DNA of 64,000 bases from an uncultured Gemmatimonadales bacterium (GCA_963825055.1 CAWGSK010000004.1:1-64000); one strand, 5' to 3'; shown: positions 1 through 9,797, numbered from the stretch's first letter. Numbers and translations: made by a program. The notes: generated by a model from the sequence alone, not told the origin.

Positions 1-700
1 CGGTGGCGATGAGCGGGCTGTTCGGCGGCATGTTCTCGAAGGTCAACTCCCAGGTCGGCAGGACCTGCAGCCGGTCATTGCCGATCACCCCGACATAGAG
101 CTCGCGGCCGTCGATGAACTCCTCGGCGATGGCGTCCGTGCCCAGCCGCTTGTGGATGAATGCGACCCGTTCGGCCAGCTTCTCGTCGCTGTCCACCAGC
201 GAAGCACGCGCAATGCCCAGTGAGGCATGTTCGATCAGGCTCTTCACGATCAGCGGGAACCCGAGCCGGCGGGGTCGCTTCACCTTGCGGCCCATGGGGA
301 ACACGGCGAAGGCCGGCACGCGAAGGCGGTGGTAGGCCAGGAGTTTCTTGCAGACGGCCTTGCCGCGGGCCAGGATCAGTCCGCGCGGGTTGCAGCCCGT
401 GTACGGCACCCGCAGCAGCTCGAGGTAGCTCACCACGTTCTGGTCGTAGACAGCCTCGCCGTGGAATTCCTCGAGCAGGTTGAAGACCACGTGCGGATGC
501 CAGCTCTCCACCATGTCCCGGATCGGGTGGAGTTCGTCGCGCACTCCCAGCGGGCGGACGTCATGGCCGAGTTCGCGGAGCGTGTGGACGACGTCGAACT
601 CTGTTTTCCACACGCTCTGCTCCCGCCCGGTGTATCCCTCCCGGGAATCGGGTGGCACCAGGTCCGGGTGCATCAGGGCGAGGACGCGACGCGGTCTCAC
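1..700 (-). CDS. D-alanine--D-alanine ligase family ATP-grasp protein (C-terminus beyond window edge)
   Basis: Manual translation: MRPRRVLALMHPDLVPP...VFNLLEEFHG...LELLRVPYTGC...FPLIVKSLIEHASLGI...AIAEEFIDGRELYVGVIGN. GTG start at 700 overlaps the TGA of the upstream gene. Confidence 0.85.
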   Translation of the reverse strand, partial: MRPRRVLALMHPDLVPPDSREGYTGREQSVWKTEFDVVHTLRELGHDVRPLGVRDELHPIRDMVESWHPHVVFNLLEEFHGEAVYDQNVVSYLELLRVPYTGCNPRGLILARGKAVCKKLLAYHRLRVPAFAVFPMGRKVKRPRRLGFPLIVKSLIEHASLGIARASLVDSDEKLAERVAFIHKRLGTDAIAEEFIDGRELYVGVIGNDRLQVLPTWELTFENMPPNSPLIAT

Positions 701-1722
701 AGGGCGATCCAGTCGCGGCGGCCCTGCTCATAGAGGAAGTGCATGGTCTTCACCGTGAGCAGGACGGCAAAATCCATCTTGAGCTGGCGTTCGGGTCCCA
801 CCGCGCGCAGCCGGAGCTGCCGGCACCGACCGATCATGTCCTTCAGCACGATATCAAGCGTGAACTGGTATTCACCGGTCCACTTGGCGACCATGCGCCG
901 GATCTCGCTGCGGTTACGCCTCAGGAACGAGGAGGCGGCTTCACGGCGCCGGTAGCGGGGATCGTCCGAGAACAGCCGCTTGAGGTCACGATCCCAGACG
1001 TCCGGGAAGGAGACTTCGTAGAGGGCACGGCGCTGTTCGTAGTGCTCTCCCAGGGTCTTGGTGATTGTCCGCAGGGAGTCCACCTTCGCGCGACTCCGGA
1101 GCTGCGGCCGCGTGTCGCCGATCTCCTCCATCAACTCATCCACGTACTCCAGCTTCCGGAGCGCGGGCCAGCCGGCGTAGCGCCTGCGCCAGTCCGAACG
1201 GGGCTTGAGCCACACCGCGAACGTCTCGGCGAAGTCCTCGTCGGGGTGGCTCTGCGCATACCACAGCCGCAGGTGCTGGACGTACTGCTTGCTGGCGGGA
1301 TTGGGGCGATAATAGTCGGGATAGCGGGTGGAAGACTTCCCGAACAACTTCTGCCAGTGTCGCCGACGCTGGAGCTGGTAACCGTGCTGGAAGGCATGCC
1401 CCGTCTCGTGGCGGAGGATCCGCATGCACTCGGCGACGGTCCCACCCTCCACGTCGATCATCTGGCTCCGCTCCAGGCGTATCAGCCGCGGATGGGCCAG
1501 GTAGAACGGAATGGCGACGCCGGCGATGCGGTCCGGGCTGAACCACTCGTCGGAGAGCCACATGTGCGGCCGCAGCCGGAGTCCGCGGTGCTCGAGCTCG
1601 TCATGGAGCTCGGCAATGCAGTCCTCGATCCACGTGCCTTCGATCGTGAGGCCCAGGTCCTTCATCCGGACTTCCATCAGCTTCGTGTCGGGCCACCGGG
1701 CCCACGGATGCCTCCGCGCCAT
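697..1722 (-). CDS. putative zinc-binding metallopeptidase (zincin-like)
   Basis: 341 aa; ILRHETGHA (HExxH) and YAQSHPDEDFAETFA motifs. Confidence 0.8.
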   Translation of the reverse strand: MARRHPWARWPDTKLMEVRMKDLGLTIEGTWIEDCIAELHDELEHRGLRLRPHMWLSDEWFSPDRIAGVAIPFYLAHPRLIRLERSQMIDVEGGTVAECMRILRHETGHAFQHGYQLQRRRHWQKLFGKSSTRYPDYYRPNPASKQYVQHLRLWYAQSHPDEDFAETFAVWLKPRSDWRRRYAGWPALRKLEYVDELMEEIGDTRPQLRSRAKVDSLRTITKTLGEHYEQRRALYEVSFPDVWDRDLKRLFSDDPRYRRREAASSFLRRNRSEIRRMVAKWTGEYQFTLDIVLKDMIGRCRQLRLRAVGPERQLKMDFAVLLTVKTMHFLYEQGRRDWIAL

Positions 1723-1804
1723 TACCCACCCTTCGCGTGGTGCCGGGTTTACCTGCGGACAGTCCTCCGGAGTTTAGGGCCGGGGGTGCGGAACCGGGAG
1801 GGCG

Positions 1805-2542
1805 TCAGGGCCGGGCAAGGACGACAATGTCCTGCGCGCTCACCCACCAGGACGACCGGCCCGACCAGAATCCGGGCAGCGGATCGCCCGCGACCTCCAG
1901 CCCTGCAGCAGCCACCATTTCCTCGATCAGGTCGCGGGAGAACGCCGTCATCTGCTCGGGGTTCTCCTCGTGGACGGTCCCGAAGCGGCCCTCAAGCCCC
2001 GGCAGCGTATGCTCGAAGCTGAAATCCGGGCGGTCAAACGGATGAGGACGTGGCCCGCCGGACGTGTACCAGTCCAGCAGGAAGAAGCTGAAGACGGCCC
2101 GTCCGCCCGGGCGAAGGGCCCGCGAGGTCTCCCGGAAATATCGGGTCGCGTTGTCGGGAGTCATGTGCGTGAAGACCGATGCGGCGAAGACCACGTCCTG
2201 GGTCGCGTCCGCGACCGGGAATTCGTATTGCGATGGTAGTGTTGTGCCGGACGGGTTGTAGAAGGTGTTGTGCACGTCCGCGAATACGAACTGGAAGTGC
2301 GGATGGGCGGGCGTGAACGCCTGCTGGAGGCGTTCGATCTTGCCCCGGTCGATGTCGAACCCGGTGTAACGACCTTCCGGCGTCAGGACGTAACGGAGGG
2401 GAAAGGCCACGCGTCCCTGTCCGCACCCGATTTCCAGCACGTGACCGTCCCGGCTGAGCCGGCCCCAGGCGCGGAGGAGCATGCTCCACTCCTCCGCCCA
2501 CCGGAACCACTCTTCCAGGACGGGGATTCCCTCGTCCGCCAT
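1805..2542 (-). CDS. class I SAM-dependent methyltransferase
   Basis: VLEIGCGQG motif I, YTGFDID, ASVFTHM, LRPGG; the frame stays open upstream to 2620. Confidence 0.85.
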   Translation of the reverse strand: MADEGIPVLEEWFRWAEEWSMLLRAWGRLSRDGHVLEIGCGQGRVAFPLRYVLTPEGRYTGFDIDRGKIERLQQAFTPAHPHFQFVFADVHNTFYNPSGTTLPSQYEFPVADATQDVVFAASVFTHMTPDNATRYFRETSRALRPGGRAVFSFFLLDWYTSGGPRPHPFDRPDFSFEHTLPGLEGRFGTVHEENPEQMTAFSRDLIEEMVAAAGLEVAGDPLPGFWSGRSSWWVSAQDIVVLARP

Positions 2543-2616
2543 TCGGTCCGGCGAGGGCAGCAGGTCCGGCTCGTACGCGACCCAGTCCGGGTAACGCCAG
2601 TCCGGCTCGCGCGTGC

Positions 2617-3909
2617 TCAGGCGATACCACGCCGGATGGCCATCGTCATCCGGTCCGTGAAGAGATCAATCTCGTCCGGCGTGGTGTAGACGTTCGGTGT
2701 GACACGGATACCCTGGAACTCCGGGTGCACGATGGGTGTGGTGACGATCCGGTGTTCACGCAGGAGCCAGCCGACCAGCTTGCCGGGCTCAAGACCGTCC
2801 ACGTTCACCAGTCCGATCGCCCCCGAGGTGTTCCCCTCGAGCGGCGTCAGGACCTGCACCCGGTCGCTTACCTTGAGCAGGGCCTCGGCCCAGCGATTCC
2901 GCAGGTAGCGCAGCCGCGCGATCTTCCGCTCGGCGCCAATGCCGCGGTGGAAGGCCAGCGCCGCCGCGATGGCGTTGTGGTTGGCGGCGGGATGCGTCCC
3001 GATCTCCTCGTACTTCCGGATGTTGTCGTTCATGGATGCCGGTGCGGCCATGAGCGGCCACAGCTTCGGCTGTTTCTCGCGTCGGACATAGAGGAACCCG
3101 GTGCCGATCGGCGCCAGGAGCCACTTATGGAGGCTGGTGCCGTAGAAATCGCAGCCGAGGTCGTCCCGCTTGAACGGGAAATGGGCGTAAGCATGCGCAC
3201 CGTCGACCATGACCTCGATCCCACGGGGCCGGGCGAGCTCCACGATCTCACGGACCGGCATGATCTGGCCCGAGAGGTTGGTAATGTGGGTGACCTCGAT
3301 GACACGCGTGCGCGGCGTGATGGCCCGGCGGAACTGCTCCACGAGGTAGTCGGTCGAGGGCGGTGGGATCTTGAAGCTGATCTGCTTCAGGACGATCCCC
3401 TCGCGACGCACCCGCTGGTCCCAGCTGGTGAGCATGCGCCCGTAGTTCTGGTTTGTAGCCAGAATCTCGTCCCCGGGCTTCAGGTCCAGCCCGAAGATCA
3501 TCGTCTCAAGGGCCTCGGAGGCGTTCCGGGTGATCGCCATCTCCTCGGGGTCGCAGCCGAAATCGTGTGCCAGATTCTGTCGCACAGACTCGATCCGCGG
3601 TTCCAGAACCCTCCACATGTGCTCGGCGGGCAGCTCATTGGTGAACCGGAGATCCCGGATCATCTGCTCCAGGACGTGGGTGGGCGTCGGGCAGACGCCG
3701 CCATTGTTCAGGTTCACCATGGTGCGGTCGGCATCGAAGGCGCGCTGGATTTCGCTCCAGTACGCCTCGTCGTCGGCGACCGCCTTCGCCGGACGGGTGC
3801 CCGCGATCCGCAGGCTTTCCGCGAGGTGACGGACTGCGCGAGGCTGGAATGCGGGGAGAACCGCCGCCCCGGCCCCGAGGGCCGAGATGAACGAGCGTCG
3901 GGTCGTCAT
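2617..3909 (-). CDS. aminotransferase class V PLP-dependent enzyme (isopenicillin N epimerase-like) with Tat signal
   Basis: TRRSFI twin-arginine leader; VDGAHA and TSLHKWLLAPIGTG PLP-lysine motif. Confidence 0.85.
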   Translation of the reverse strand: MTTRRSFISALGAGAAVLPAFQPRAVRHLAESLRIAGTRPAKAVADDEAYWSEIQRAFDADRTMVNLNNGGVCPTPTHVLEQMIRDLRFTNELPAEHMWRVLEPRIESVRQNLAHDFGCDPEEMAITRNASEALETMIFGLDLKPGDEILATNQNYGRMLTSWDQRVRREGIVLKQISFKIPPPSTDYLVEQFRRAITPRTRVIEVTHITNLSGQIMPVREIVELARPRGIEVMVDGAHAYAHFPFKRDDLGCDFYGTSLHKWLLAPIGTGFLYVRREKQPKLWPLMAAPASMNDNIRKYEEIGTHPAANHNAIAAALAFHRGIGAERKIARLRYLRNRWAEALLKVSDRVQVLTPLEGNTSGAIGLVNVDGLEPGKLVGWLLREHRIVTTPIVHPEFQGIRVTPNVYTTPDEIDLFTDRMTMAIRRGIA

Positions 3910-4034
3910 GGGAACTCCCGGGTGTTGGGTGTCGAGAAACCGCTGATCGCTGGTTGTGGGCCGTGAGTCGCTGGTCGTTAAATCGCAGGCGTCGACCGCC
4001 CTGACCGCCTTATCCGTCCTGCCCGCCCTGTCCG

Positions 4035-4460
4035 TCAGTTCACCAGCTTCGCATCCATCGTAATCTGCGCGTTCAGCAGCCGCGAGACGGGGCAGCCTTC
4101 CTTGGCTGCCTTCGCGGCTGTCTCGAAGGCCGTCTGGTCGGCGCCCGGGACCTTCGCGGAGAGGTCAAGGTGGACGGCGGTGATGGTGAATCCGGCGTCG
4201 GTTTTTTCCAGGGTGACGGTGGCCGTGGTCTCGATCTTCTCGGCTTTCAGGTCTGCCGCGCCGAGCTGGCCGGACAGGGCCATGGAAAAGCAGCCGGCGT
4301 GGGCAGCTGCGATCAGTTCCTCGGGGTTGGTGCCCTTTTCATTCTCGAAGCGGGTCGAGAACGAATAACGGACGTCCTGGAGGACGCCGCTCTCGGTGGA
4401 CATCGTTCCCTTCCCCTGCTTCAGGTCGCCGCTCCACGCGGCGCTCGCCTTGCGCTTCAT
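4035..4460 (-). CDS. osmC: OsmC family peroxiredoxin
   Basis: GTNPEELIAAAHAGCFSMAL and GCPVSR two-Cys signature. Confidence 0.93.
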   Translation of the reverse strand: MKRKASAAWSGDLKQGKGTMSTESGVLQDVRYSFSTRFENEKGTNPEELIAAAHAGCFSMALSGQLGAADLKAEKIETTATVTLEKTDAGFTITAVHLDLSAKVPGADQTAFETAAKAAKEGCPVSRLLNAQITMDAKLVN

Positions 4461-4632
4461 GAGAGTCCTCCCTGCAGTTCCGGGTCGGTTCCGTGGCCCG
4501 GGGGCACGGAATGTTATCCGCGAAGAATAACGGATTCGGAGAGGAGGACCTTCAGCGGAGGGGCGGAACCGGGGAGCGAGTCGATCATCGCCCCCCCCCC
4601 AACAATGGGCATCCGACGGGTTTCGCCCGGAC

Positions 4633-5142
4633 TCAGCTTCCCGGGGCGGGTTTCCGCTCGACCTGCCACACCCCTTCCACCACGTTCCCCGTTCCTTCGT
4701 GCCAGGAGCGATAGGTACCGCTCAGGCGATCGCCGTCCAGGGTCCCGGTGAAGACGGTGGTGAGGAGACATCCACATTCGGGGTCGCGGTAGGGGTTGAG
4801 CTCACCCTGCACCGTGCCGCGGCTTGCCACGACGAACCTGATGGTGAGGAGTTCGGAGCGTGGTGGGCGGGGGGTGGCGGCGCCCATATCGCCCGGGACC
4901 GCGGGCCCGCGCATGCGAATGTTATTGGGGACCATGATCACGTCGCCACGGGCGGTGTCCGAGCCGGCGGTGAGAGTGAAGACAATACTCCCGGCTCGAC
5001 CGCTTTCCCGCGAGGAGTAGTCGCCGACCCACTGCCCTTCCAGGCCGGCGATGTCGCCCTTGACCGGTACGGGGGTGGACGGGCCGCCACAGGCCAGGAC
5101 GGCCGAGGCGAGAAGGAGTGCAAGAGAGCGGATACGGGACAC
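4633..5142 (-). CDS. hypothetical lipoprotein
   Basis: Signal peptide with lipobox VLAC; GAGGA RBS upstream of GTG. Confidence 0.7.
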   Translation of the reverse strand: MSRIRSLALLLASAVLACGGPSTPVPVKGDIAGLEGQWVGDYSSRESGRAGSIVFTLTAGSDTARGDVIMVPNNIRMRGPAVPGDMGAATPRPPRSELLTIRFVVASRGTVQGELNPYRDPECGCLLTTVFTGTLDGDRLSGTYRSWHEGTGNVVEGVWQVERKPAPGS

Positions 5143-5222
5143 GGGGTCCTCCTGGCTGCAGAGGCTTCAAGGTGCGGCGGTCGTCGTGAAAGGACTGTGA
5201 ATGGCCCCTGAAGGCACAGACG

Positions 5223-5259
5223 GGCGCGGCGGCTCCCGGGTTCCAGGAGCCGCCGCGCC
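5223..5259. terminator. GC-rich hairpin downstream of the fasciclin gene
   Basis: GGCGCGGCGGCTCC...GGAGCCGCCGCGCC perfect inverted repeat. Confidence 0.55.
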
Positions 5260-5286
5260 GTCCCGCGCTCTGTTTCGGCCCGATGG

Positions 5287-5814
5287 CTACTCGGGGAGGA
5301 GGACGGTGTCGATCACGTGAATGATGCCGTTGGAAGCCTTGATGTCCGTCTGGGTTACGGTGGCGTTATTTACCATGACCGAGCCATCCTTTACGGCGAT
5401 CTTCACGTTCTTGCCGTTCAGGGTCGTCGCGGAGTTCATCTTCACGACGGCGCTGGCAGGAACCTCACCGGAGACGACGTGGTACGTCAGGATGGCCGTC
5501 AGCTTCTCCTTGTCGTTCAGGAGCGCCTCGACGGTGCCCTTCGGCAGCTTCGCAAACGCGGCGTCGGTCGGGGCGAAGACGGTGAAAGGCCCCTTCCCCT
5601 TGAGGGCGTCGATGAGGCCTGCGCTCTTGAGCGCGGCCGCGAGGGTGTTGAAGGAGCCGGCGGCGACGGCCGTTTCGACGATGTCCATGCTGGGGGCCTG
5701 CGTGGCGTTCATCGTTGTCATGTTCTTCTCCATGGTCTGGGTGGCCTGTCCCTGAAGGGCGGCCGGCATGGCGGCAACGGCTGCCGCAAGGCTGATCGTG
5801 GCGAGGATCTTCAT
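5287..5814 (-). CDS. fasciclin (FAS1) domain protein
   Basis: [11 protein letters not shown] and [11 protein letters not shown] motifs; signal peptide from ATG 5814 with AGGAG RBS. Confidence 0.92.
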   Translation of the reverse strand: MKILATISLAAAVAAMPAALQGQATQTMEKNMTTMNATQAPSMDIVETAVAAGSFNTLAAALKSAGLIDALKGKGPFTVFAPTDAAFAKLPKGTVEALLNDKEKLTAILTYHVVSGEVPASAVVKMNSATTLNGKNVKIAVKDGSVMVNNATVTQTDIKASNGIIHVIDTVLLPE

Positions 5815-5833
5815 GTCAATTGCTCCTGGTTTG

Positions 5834-5930
5834 TGTTCATGTATTGTCCAACTTCCAGGGACAAATATGTGGGCGACGCGCGGAATTGTCAAGTTATTGT
5901 CTAAGATTATATATTGACAAATGTTAGACG
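5834..5930. promoter_or_regulatory. CarH/LitR-type operator in divergent promoter region
   Basis: Three pairs of TnnAC(A/G) half-sites with 11-bp spacing: TGTTCA 5834/TGTCCA 5845, TGTCAA 5887/TGTCTA 5898, TTGACA 5914/TAGACG 5925. Confidence 0.7.
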
Positions 5931-5942
5931 CCGCCGTATCGT

Positions 5943-6914
5943 ATGCATATGACCACTCCAGTCCAGGATTCCGGGAGCAGCCCGCTCTACCATGTTCCGC
6001 GGCATCCAGTGCGTCTTGTCGCCGAGCGGACCGGGCTTACGCCCCACACGCTGCGGGCGTGGGAGCGCCGGTATCAGGTGGTCAATCCGTCCCGGTCCGA
6101 TGGGGGGCAGCGGCTCTATTCCGACCGTGATGTCGAGCATCTCCGGTTGCTGCATCTGGCCACCGAAGCCGGCCGGAGCATTGGACGGGTCAGCAGCCTT
6201 TCCCTCCCGGCGCTTCGGGATCTCGTGGCCCAGGACCGGCAGTCACGGCCCCCGGTGGAGGGCCGGTCCTTCACGGCCACAGCTCCCAACGCCGGCCCCG
6301 AACTCGACGCCGCGATCACCGCCGTCGAGGCTCTCGACGGCCGGGCGCTGGAGGCCATCCTGCGCCAGGCAGCAATGGCCCTGAGCGTGCCGGTCCTGCT
6401 GGAAGGAGTCGTGGCGCCCCTGCTGCGGGAGATCGGGGAGCGATGGGATGCGGGGCGCCTCGAGCCGGCGTTCGAACACCTCGCCACGACCGTCATCCGT
6501 ACCACTCTGGCCGGCCTGATCGAAGGCGCGGGAGTGCGTCCGGACGCTCCAGTGCTCCTCGTGGCCACGCCGGCGGGACAGCGTCACGAACTCGGCGCGA
6601 TGCTGGTGGCCACGGCGGCCGCCGCGATGGGCTGGCGGATTGTGTATCTCGGCCCTGACCTCCCGGCCGACGGCATCGTCCTGGCGGCCCGCCGTACCGG
6701 GGCCGCCATGATCGCCCTGAGCATTGTCTATCCGGACGCCGATGACGCCCTCGTGGCAGAGATCGCGCGGATACGGAAGGCCCTGCCGTCGATACCGCTC
6801 ATCGCCGGGGGGAGGGCCGCCCATGTCAGGGAGGCCGAGCTGGCTGCCACCGGGACCACGATTGCCTCGGACCTGAGTGCCCTCCGGCCGCACCTGCGGC
6901 GCCATGTCGCCTGA
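5943..6914 (+). CDS. MerR-family cobalamin-binding photoregulator (CarH/LitR-like)
   Basis: MerR HTH ([16 protein letters not shown]), W-x9-EH motif ([12 protein letters not shown]), QRHELG B12-binding His, YLGPDLP. Confidence 0.88.
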   Translation: MHMTTPVQDSGSSPLYHVPRHPVRLVAERTGLTPHTLRAWERRYQVVNPSRSDGGQRLYSDRDVEHLRLLHLATEAGRSIGRVSSLSLPALRDLVAQDRQSRPPVEGRSFTATAPNAGPELDAAITAVEALDGRALEAILRQAAMALSVPVLLEGVVAPLLREIGERWDAGRLEPAFEHLATTVIRTTLAGLIEGAGVRPDAPVLLVATPAGQRHELGAMLVATAAAAMGWRIVYLGPDLPADGIVLAARRTGAAMIALSIVYPDADDALVAEIARIRKALPSIPLIAGGRAAHVREAELAATGTTIASDLSALRPHLRRHVA

Positions 6915-8436
6915 GCCGCGGGATGGCCTGACCCTCCTCACTGGCGCCACGGGGTACGTCGGTGGACGGCTGCTGGATGCGCTGGTCGAGCAGGGCAACC
7001 AGGTCCGCTGCCTGGCGCGGGACACCGCCCGTCTCTCCGCCCGATTCGAGGGGAAGGCCGTGCAGGTCGTGCGGGGCGATGTGCTGGACCCCTCCTCGCT
7101 GGTACCCGCCCTCGCGGGTGTGGCCACGGCGTACTACCTCATTCATTCACTCGGGGGCGGGCCGGGATACCGGGAGACAGATCGCCGGGGCGCCGCGGTC
7201 TTTGGAGCGGCGGCGCGGGATGCCGGTGTGCGGCGCATCATCTACCTCGGGGGCCTCGGAGGCGGGGAGGACCTCAGCGAACATCTGGAGAGTCGCCAGG
7301 AGGTTGGGCGGGTCCTTCGCAGCTGTGGCGTTCCGGTGATCGAGCTCCGGGCCTCGATCATTCTGGGTTCGGGGAGTCTCTCCTTCGAGATGATCCGGGC
7401 CCTGGTCGAGAAACTCCCGGTCATGATCACACCGCGGTGGGTTGGTACCCTGACCCAGCCGATCGGTATCGAGGATGTGATCCGGTACCTGGTGGAGGCC
7501 CTGCGGCTGAAGGAGAACGGGTCCGGGATCTTCGAGATCGGGGGCACGGATCGGGTCTCCTATGGCGACTTGATGCGGGAGTATGCCCGCCAGCGTGGAC
7601 TCCGCCGCTGGATGATCCGGGTGCCGGTCCTGTCGCCCCGACTCTCCAGCCTCTGGCTCGGGCTCGTGACGCCGGTTTACGCGAGGGTTGGTCGTGAACT
7701 GATCGACGGCCTGCGGAACGAGACCACGATCCGGGATGACCGGGCGCTTCGCGAGTTCACCGTACAACCCATGGGCATGCGTGCCGCCATAACCCGGGCC
7801 CTGTCCAATGAGGACCGGGATTTTGCCGCCACCCGCTGGTCCGATGCCTTCTCTTCCTCTTCGCGGGTGCTCTCGGGCAGCACGGACGGCAGCCGGCGCC
7901 TCGGCTCACGACTGGTCGATTCACGAGCCGGCGCGATTCCGGTTTCGCCCCACCTGGCGTTTAGTGCCGTGGCAAGAATCGGCGGCGAGACAGGCTGGTA
8001 CTACGCGGACGGGCTGTGGCGCCTCCGCGGACTGCTTGACCTGCTGGTCGGCGGGCCAGGACTGCGGAGGGGCCGCCGGGATCCTGTAGCCGCCGTTCCC
8101 GGCGACGCCCTCGATTTCTGGCGGGTGGAGGCCTTCGAGCCGGACCATCTTCTCCGGCTTCGGGCCGAGATGCGGCTGCCGGGCCGGGCATGGCTTCAGT
8201 TCGAGGTGAATCCTGCCCCGGGCGGATCCGAGATCCGCCAGACGGCCATCTTCGACCCCATGGGGCTGCCCGGGCTGCTGTACTGGTATGGGATCTACCC
8301 GCTGCACCGGATGGTGTTTCGGGGGATGCTGAGGGGGATTCTCCGGGCAGCGGAGGCCAGGAGCAGGACGGACAGGGCGGACGAGCCGGTCGAGACGGAC
8401 AAGGTGGACAGGTCGGGCTCGTCGACTGACGACTAG
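6904..8436 (+). CDS. NAD(P)-binding oxidoreductase with C-terminal DUF2867-like domain (YbjT-like)
   Basis: LTGATGYVGG Rossmann motif; LDFWRVE...LRAEMRLPGRAWLQF C-terminal domain. Confidence 0.85.
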   Translation: MSPEPRDGLTLLTGATGYVGGRLLDALVEQGNQVRCLARDTARLSARFEGKAVQVVRGDVLDPSSLVPALAGVATAYYLIHSLGGGPGYRETDRRGAAVFGAAARDAGVRRIIYLGGLGGGEDLSEHLESRQEVGRVLRSCGVPVIELRASIILGSGSLSFEMIRALVEKLPVMITPRWVGTLTQPIGIEDVIRYLVEALRLKENGSGIFEIGGTDRVSYGDLMREYARQRGLRRWMIRVPVLSPRLSSLWLGLVTPVYARVGRELIDGLRNETTIRDDRALREFTVQPMGMRAAITRALSNEDRDFAATRWSDAFSSSSRVLSGSTDGSRRLGSRLVDSRAGAIPVSPHLAFSAVARIGGETGWYYADGLWRLRGLLDLLVGGPGLRRGRRDPVAAVPGDALDFWRVEAFEPDHLLRLRAEMRLPGRAWLQFEVNPAPGGSEIRQTAIFDPMGLPGLLYWYGIYPLHRMVFRGMLRGILRAAEARSRTDRADEPVETDKVDRSGSSTDD

Positions 8437-8476
8437 CGACTCTTCCCGCGATCCCCTCTCCTGCATTCCGCATGAA

Positions 8477-8492
8477 TGTGACGTAGGTCACA
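8477..8492. promoter_or_regulatory. CRP/FNR-family (CRP-type) binding site
   Basis: TGTGA-CGTAGG-TCACA is a perfect TGTGA-N6-TCACA match in intergenic DNA. Confidence 0.6.
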
Positions 8493-8603
8493 ATTTCCGC
8501 GCTTTTCTGGCATCAGAACCGCTGGACCCATGGTACAGGCCCGTAACGCTAAGCTGTTATGGTGCTTGGCTTTTCGGGCTCCTGCCCGAGGCCCCGGCCC
8601 CGA

Positions 8604-8619
8604 TGGTACGCCTCCTGCA
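8604..8619 (+). promoter_or_regulatory. putative sigma-54 promoter
   Basis: TGGTACG-CCTC-CTGCA (GG-N10-GC) about 95 bp upstream of ATG 8713. Confidence 0.4.
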
Positions 8620-8712
8620 CGTTGTCGTCGGCAGTTCCCCCCTCTGCTCACTTCATGAGACTCCGGCCGGGCTCCGATCCGGCGAGTGGACGGCATCCGC
8701 CGACGGATACCC

Positions 8713-9288
8713 ATGCGTCTACTGTCATGTGTCAGCCCCCTGTTCGCGTTCCTGCTCCTGGCCGTTCCGGCCGCGGCGCAGGTGCCCGGGGTCGCGCGTG
8801 TCCGGCATGTTCCGGACCGCACCTTGAATGATGCGGCGCTGGCGGTGGCGGATGCCCGTGACCCCGTGGTCTACTACAACCCGGCCCTGCTCAACCGTTT
8901 CGGCCCCGAACTCGCAGCCTTCGTCATGGCCCATGAGTACGGCCACATTTCGTATGGCCACGTCCGTGTGCGCCAGTCCCGGGGCACGATGGCGCCGTCA
9001 GAGATCATGCAGCGCTACGAGCTCGAGGCGGACTGTTATGCCGCGCGCATGCTCAGCCAGTCCAACCCGGGAGCGGTTACGGCAGCAATCCGCTACTTCG
9101 ACCGGATGGGCGAGCGGCAGGTGGACGAGGACCACCCAACCGGACGCGCCCGTGCCGCGGAGTTGCGCCGCTGCATCCCGGACGCACCGGTGGTGACCGC
9201 CCGGACGACGATTGCGCCGGCCGACAGGGGCGCTTCCGCCACGACGTCCGTCGTCGGGACCGGGGCGGGGTTTGTAGAGAAGGAGTAA
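8713..9288 (+). CDS. secreted M48-like zinc metallopeptidase
   Basis: Signal peptide; AFVMAHEYGH, ELEADCYA, HP motif. Confidence 0.7.
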   Translation: MRLLSCVSPLFAFLLLAVPAAAQVPGVARVRHVPDRTLNDAALAVADARDPVVYYNPALLNRFGPELAAFVMAHEYGHISYGHVRVRQSRGTMAPSEIMQRYELEADCYAARMLSQSNPGAVTAAIRYFDRMGERQVDEDHPTGRARAAELRRCIPDAPVVTARTTIAPADRGASATTSVVGTGAGFVEKE

Positions 9289-9308
9289 GAGCCGTTGGCC
9301 GTCAGCTC

Positions 9309-9797
9309 TCAGTCGTCCACCCTGTCCACGCGTTCCAGCCTCCACGTCACCGTTACCTCCGCGACCTGATCGCCGGCCTGGTCGCGTATGCGGGCGACCA
9401 CGTCATATTCCACCAGCGCCGCCACTTCCGGGATCGTCACGCGGGCCTCCGCGATAAGACGGCCCCGGGCCTTCTTCTCGTATGTGATGGTGAGCCGGGT
9501 GACGATGCTCCGGATGCCGGGCGGGAGCCCGCTCAGCATGGCGAGGCCACTGGCGACCTCCCCCAGGTTCGCCAGGGCGATGGCGTGGATGGACCGGAGG
9601 TGGTTGCGAATGGCGTGCCGGTCCGCCATGGCCACCACAGTGTGGCCCGGCTCCAGAGTCTCGACTTCCGGGTGGATACTGCCGGTGTACGGGACGAGCC
9701 GACCGAGCAGCCGGTTGAAAACCCAGCGGCCCGCGGGGAGGCGCGACAGCCGTCGCCAGTGACGGAGCAGTGCGGGACCGGTTGCGCTGGTCGGCAT
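9309..9797 (-). CDS. hotdog-fold (PaaI/DUF4442-like) protein
   Basis: VPYTGSI, RNHLRSIHAIALANLGE, YEKKARG. Confidence 0.8.
   Translation of the reverse strand: MPTSATGPALLRHWRRLSRLPAGRWVFNRLLGRLVPYTGSIHPEVETLEPGHTVVAMADRHAIRNHLRSIHAIALANLGEVASGLAMLSGLPPGIRSIVTRLTITYEKKARGRLIAEARVTIPEVAALVEYDVVARIRDQAGDQVAEVTVTWRLERVDRVDD

Noticed and set aside
652..2022. Long antisense or alternative-frame ORFs (also 9533-11587, 19065-20744, 24394-26490, 53392-55119, 55204-56940)
   Set aside because: Shadow ORFs of real genes, expected at high GC; no motifs of their own
4591..4600. C10 homopolymer as a phase-variation switch
   Set aside because: Intergenic, not clearly within a promoter spacer, and no evidence of length variation
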